Notes under the pieces: model-generated
What the model was told of the DNA's origin: nothing
Database searches by the model: none
Seen by the model: the letters and a program-made list of their open reading frames with translations, nothing else
Program-made: the position numbers and the translations under genes
Shown here: positions 14,080 through 15,163 of the stretch, in pieces
Layout of the letters: every line of letters begins with the position of its first letter
How positions within the stretch are numbered: position 1 is the first letter of the stretch
Source: Pseudomonadota bacterium
Lineage (GTDB): Bacteria > Desulfobacterota > JADFVX01
Assembly: GCA_015222555.1 (NCBI GenBank)
Contig: JADFVM010000214.1
Span: 1-15,163, forward strand
DNA length: 15,163 nucleotides
Direction: 5' to 3'

Positions 14080-14541
14080 TTGGATAAAGTGGTTACCTTT
14101 ATTGCGACAGGCGCCTACAGCGGATTCTCGCCTTTTGCGCCCGGAACAGCCGGCACATTGGCCGCCATTCCTCTATATCTTCTTTTATCCTATTTGACCT
14201 CCCCTTTTTACTTGATCGTCATTTTAGTTCTTCTGCCCATCTCCTTCTGGAGCTCAGGTCGGGCGGAAAAGATTTTCAACAAAAAAGACAGCGGCTTTAT
14301 CGTCATCGATGAGATTATCGGTTTCATCATTACCCTGTTTCTCGTTCCCTTTGGATGGACCTATATAATCGCCGGCTTTTTACTCTTCAGGTTTTTTGAT
14401 ATAACAAAGATTTATCCGGCATCTGCCATGGAAAAGATGGGTGGTGGAGTCGGTGTTGTCATGGATGATGTGGTGGCAGGCATCTATGCTAACATCACAC
14501 TTCAGATCCTTATTGTAATGGGATTTTTTAATCTCTTTTAA
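14080..14541 (+). CDS. pgpA: Phosphatidylglycerophosphatase A.
   Basis: GFSPFAPGTAGTLAAIP, FIVIDEIIGF, LFRFFDITKIYP and GGVGVVMDDVVAGIYA are the PgpA family signature motifs. A TTG start at 14080 follows GGAG (14069-14072) plus a T-run spacer. An alternative GTG lies at 14089. Confidence 0.85.
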   Translation: MDKVVTFIATGAYSGFSPFAPGTAGTLAAIPLYLLLSYLTSPFYLIVILVLLPISFWSSGRAEKIFNKKDSGFIVIDEIIGFIITLFLVPFGWTYIIAGFLLFRFFDITKIYPASAMEKMGGGVGVVMDDVVAGIYANITLQILIVMGFFNLF

Positions 14542-14555
14542 TATTGGAATAAAAT

Positions 14556-15163
14556 ATGAGTAATACTGAAAGCGCCGAGGTCATTCTCGTTGGAAGTGAA
14601 TTAACCTCAGGCGATGTTGATGATGTTAACGGGCCATTCATCGCTCAAAAACTGCTTGGCCTGGGCATCAGGGTGTCCAAGATTTCCATTGTTGGAGACC
14701 ATGAGTGGTCCATTGAGGAGGCAATTAATTCGGCCTTAAAGGCCATTGGTACCCACCTCATTATTGTTGCCGGCGGTCTGGGCCCCACATCAGATGACAT
14801 TACCTCCAAAATTGCCGCAAAGGTGACAGGAACACGGCTTGTCATTTCCAATGAGGCACTGGAGCATATCCGGGAAATCATGGCGGCAAGAGGAAAGGAA
14901 ATGCACCCCTCTCAGGAAAGGCAGTCCCTCATCCCGCAAAAGGCCGTAATTATTAATAATCCTACCGGCACCGCCTGCGCATACAAAATTCACCATAAGG
15001 GCAAACTCCTTATCTTCCTGCCCGGTGTGCCGAAGGAGTTGGCGAAAATTTTTGATGACGTCCTCATTCCCGAACTTAAGGAAGAACTCTCTGTGACAAG
15101 TGAAATAGCGTCAAAGATGTTTCACACCTTTGGTCTTTCAGAAATGAAGGTGCAAGACATGAT
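14556..15163 (+). CDS. cinA: CinA-family competence/damage-inducible protein, N-terminal MoCF-type domain. The gene is partial and continues beyond the window.
   Basis: ATG at 14556, 14 nt after the pgpA stop. MSNTESAEVILVGSELTSGDVDDVNGPFIAQKLLGLGIRV...LIIVAGGLGPTSDDITSKIAAKVTG...NPTGTACAYK matches the CinA N-terminus. The frame stays open to the window edge. Confidence 0.85.
   Translation, partial: MSNTESAEVILVGSELTSGDVDDVNGPFIAQKLLGLGIRVSKISIVGDHEWSIEEAINSALKAIGTHLIIVAGGLGPTSDDITSKIAAKVTGTRLVISNEALEHIREIMAARGKEMHPSQERQSLIPQKAVIINNPTGTACAYKIHHKGKLLIFLPGVPKELAKIFDDVLIPELKEELSVTSEIASKMFHTFGLSEMKVQDM

Noticed and set aside
14645-14996. Minus-strand ORFs of 78 and 68 aa inside cinA.
   Set aside because: They are antisense shadows. 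The cinA plus-strand frame matches the CinA N-terminal domain throughout.
1-15163. A search for tRNA or rRNA genes (T-loop GGTTCGAATCC-like motifs, cloverleaf candidates) and for CRISPR repeats.
   Set aside because: None found. The only GTTCGAAT-like string (about 13148) lies inside the putA coding sequence and has no tRNA context. The only tandem repeat is the 2-copy 21-bp unit at 7890-7931, which is not a CRISPR array.

Overview
This 15.2-kb window holds about 12 credible protein-coding genes on both strands, one gene that runs off the 3' edge, and two decayed gene remnants. I see no rRNA, tRNA or CRISPR array. Reading left to right: (1) a Tat-signal DUF362-family protein on the minus strand; (2) a small acidic orphan ORF on the plus strand; (3) a decay zone containing a truncated ORF, a 35-codon ADP-ribosylglycohydrolase N-terminal stub and AT-rich non-coding DNA; (4) a YbhB/YbcL-type PEBP protein; (5) an uncharacterised protein whose C-terminal half looks like an archaeal-type Holliday junction resolvase (Hjc-like) PD-(D/E)xK nuclease domain; (6) a two-gene minus-strand signalling operon with an ATGA start/stop overlap, made of a REC-DUF4388 regulator that appears to carry Glu at the phospho-acceptor position, followed by a Rossmann-GAFx3 protein with a degenerate GGDEF motif but an intact RxxD inhibitory site (I-site), with tandem 21-bp operator-like repeats upstream; (7) a frameshifted and N-terminally truncated REP-associated tyrosine transposase (RAYT, IS200-like Y1 family) relic; (8) an SPFH (stomatin/prohibitin/flotillin/HflKC, band-7)-SHOCT protein plus a triple zinc-ribbon partner (a B. 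subtilis YdjI/YdjG-like pair), where poly-A tracts in the partner gene open an alternative C-terminal transmembrane anchor; (9) a fused proline dehydrogenase/P5C dehydrogenase (PutA) on the minus strand, probably starting at an internal GTG with a good SD; (10) pgpA and the 5' part of cinA. Core metabolism (putA, pgpA-cinA) sits on the right. The left and middle look like an accessory patchwork with AT-rich intergenic blocks, gene decay and a transposase relic. Gene content resembles Desulfobacterota-type anaerobes, but that is only an impression. All domain calls are by-eye motif recognition and need HMM or BLAST confirmation.
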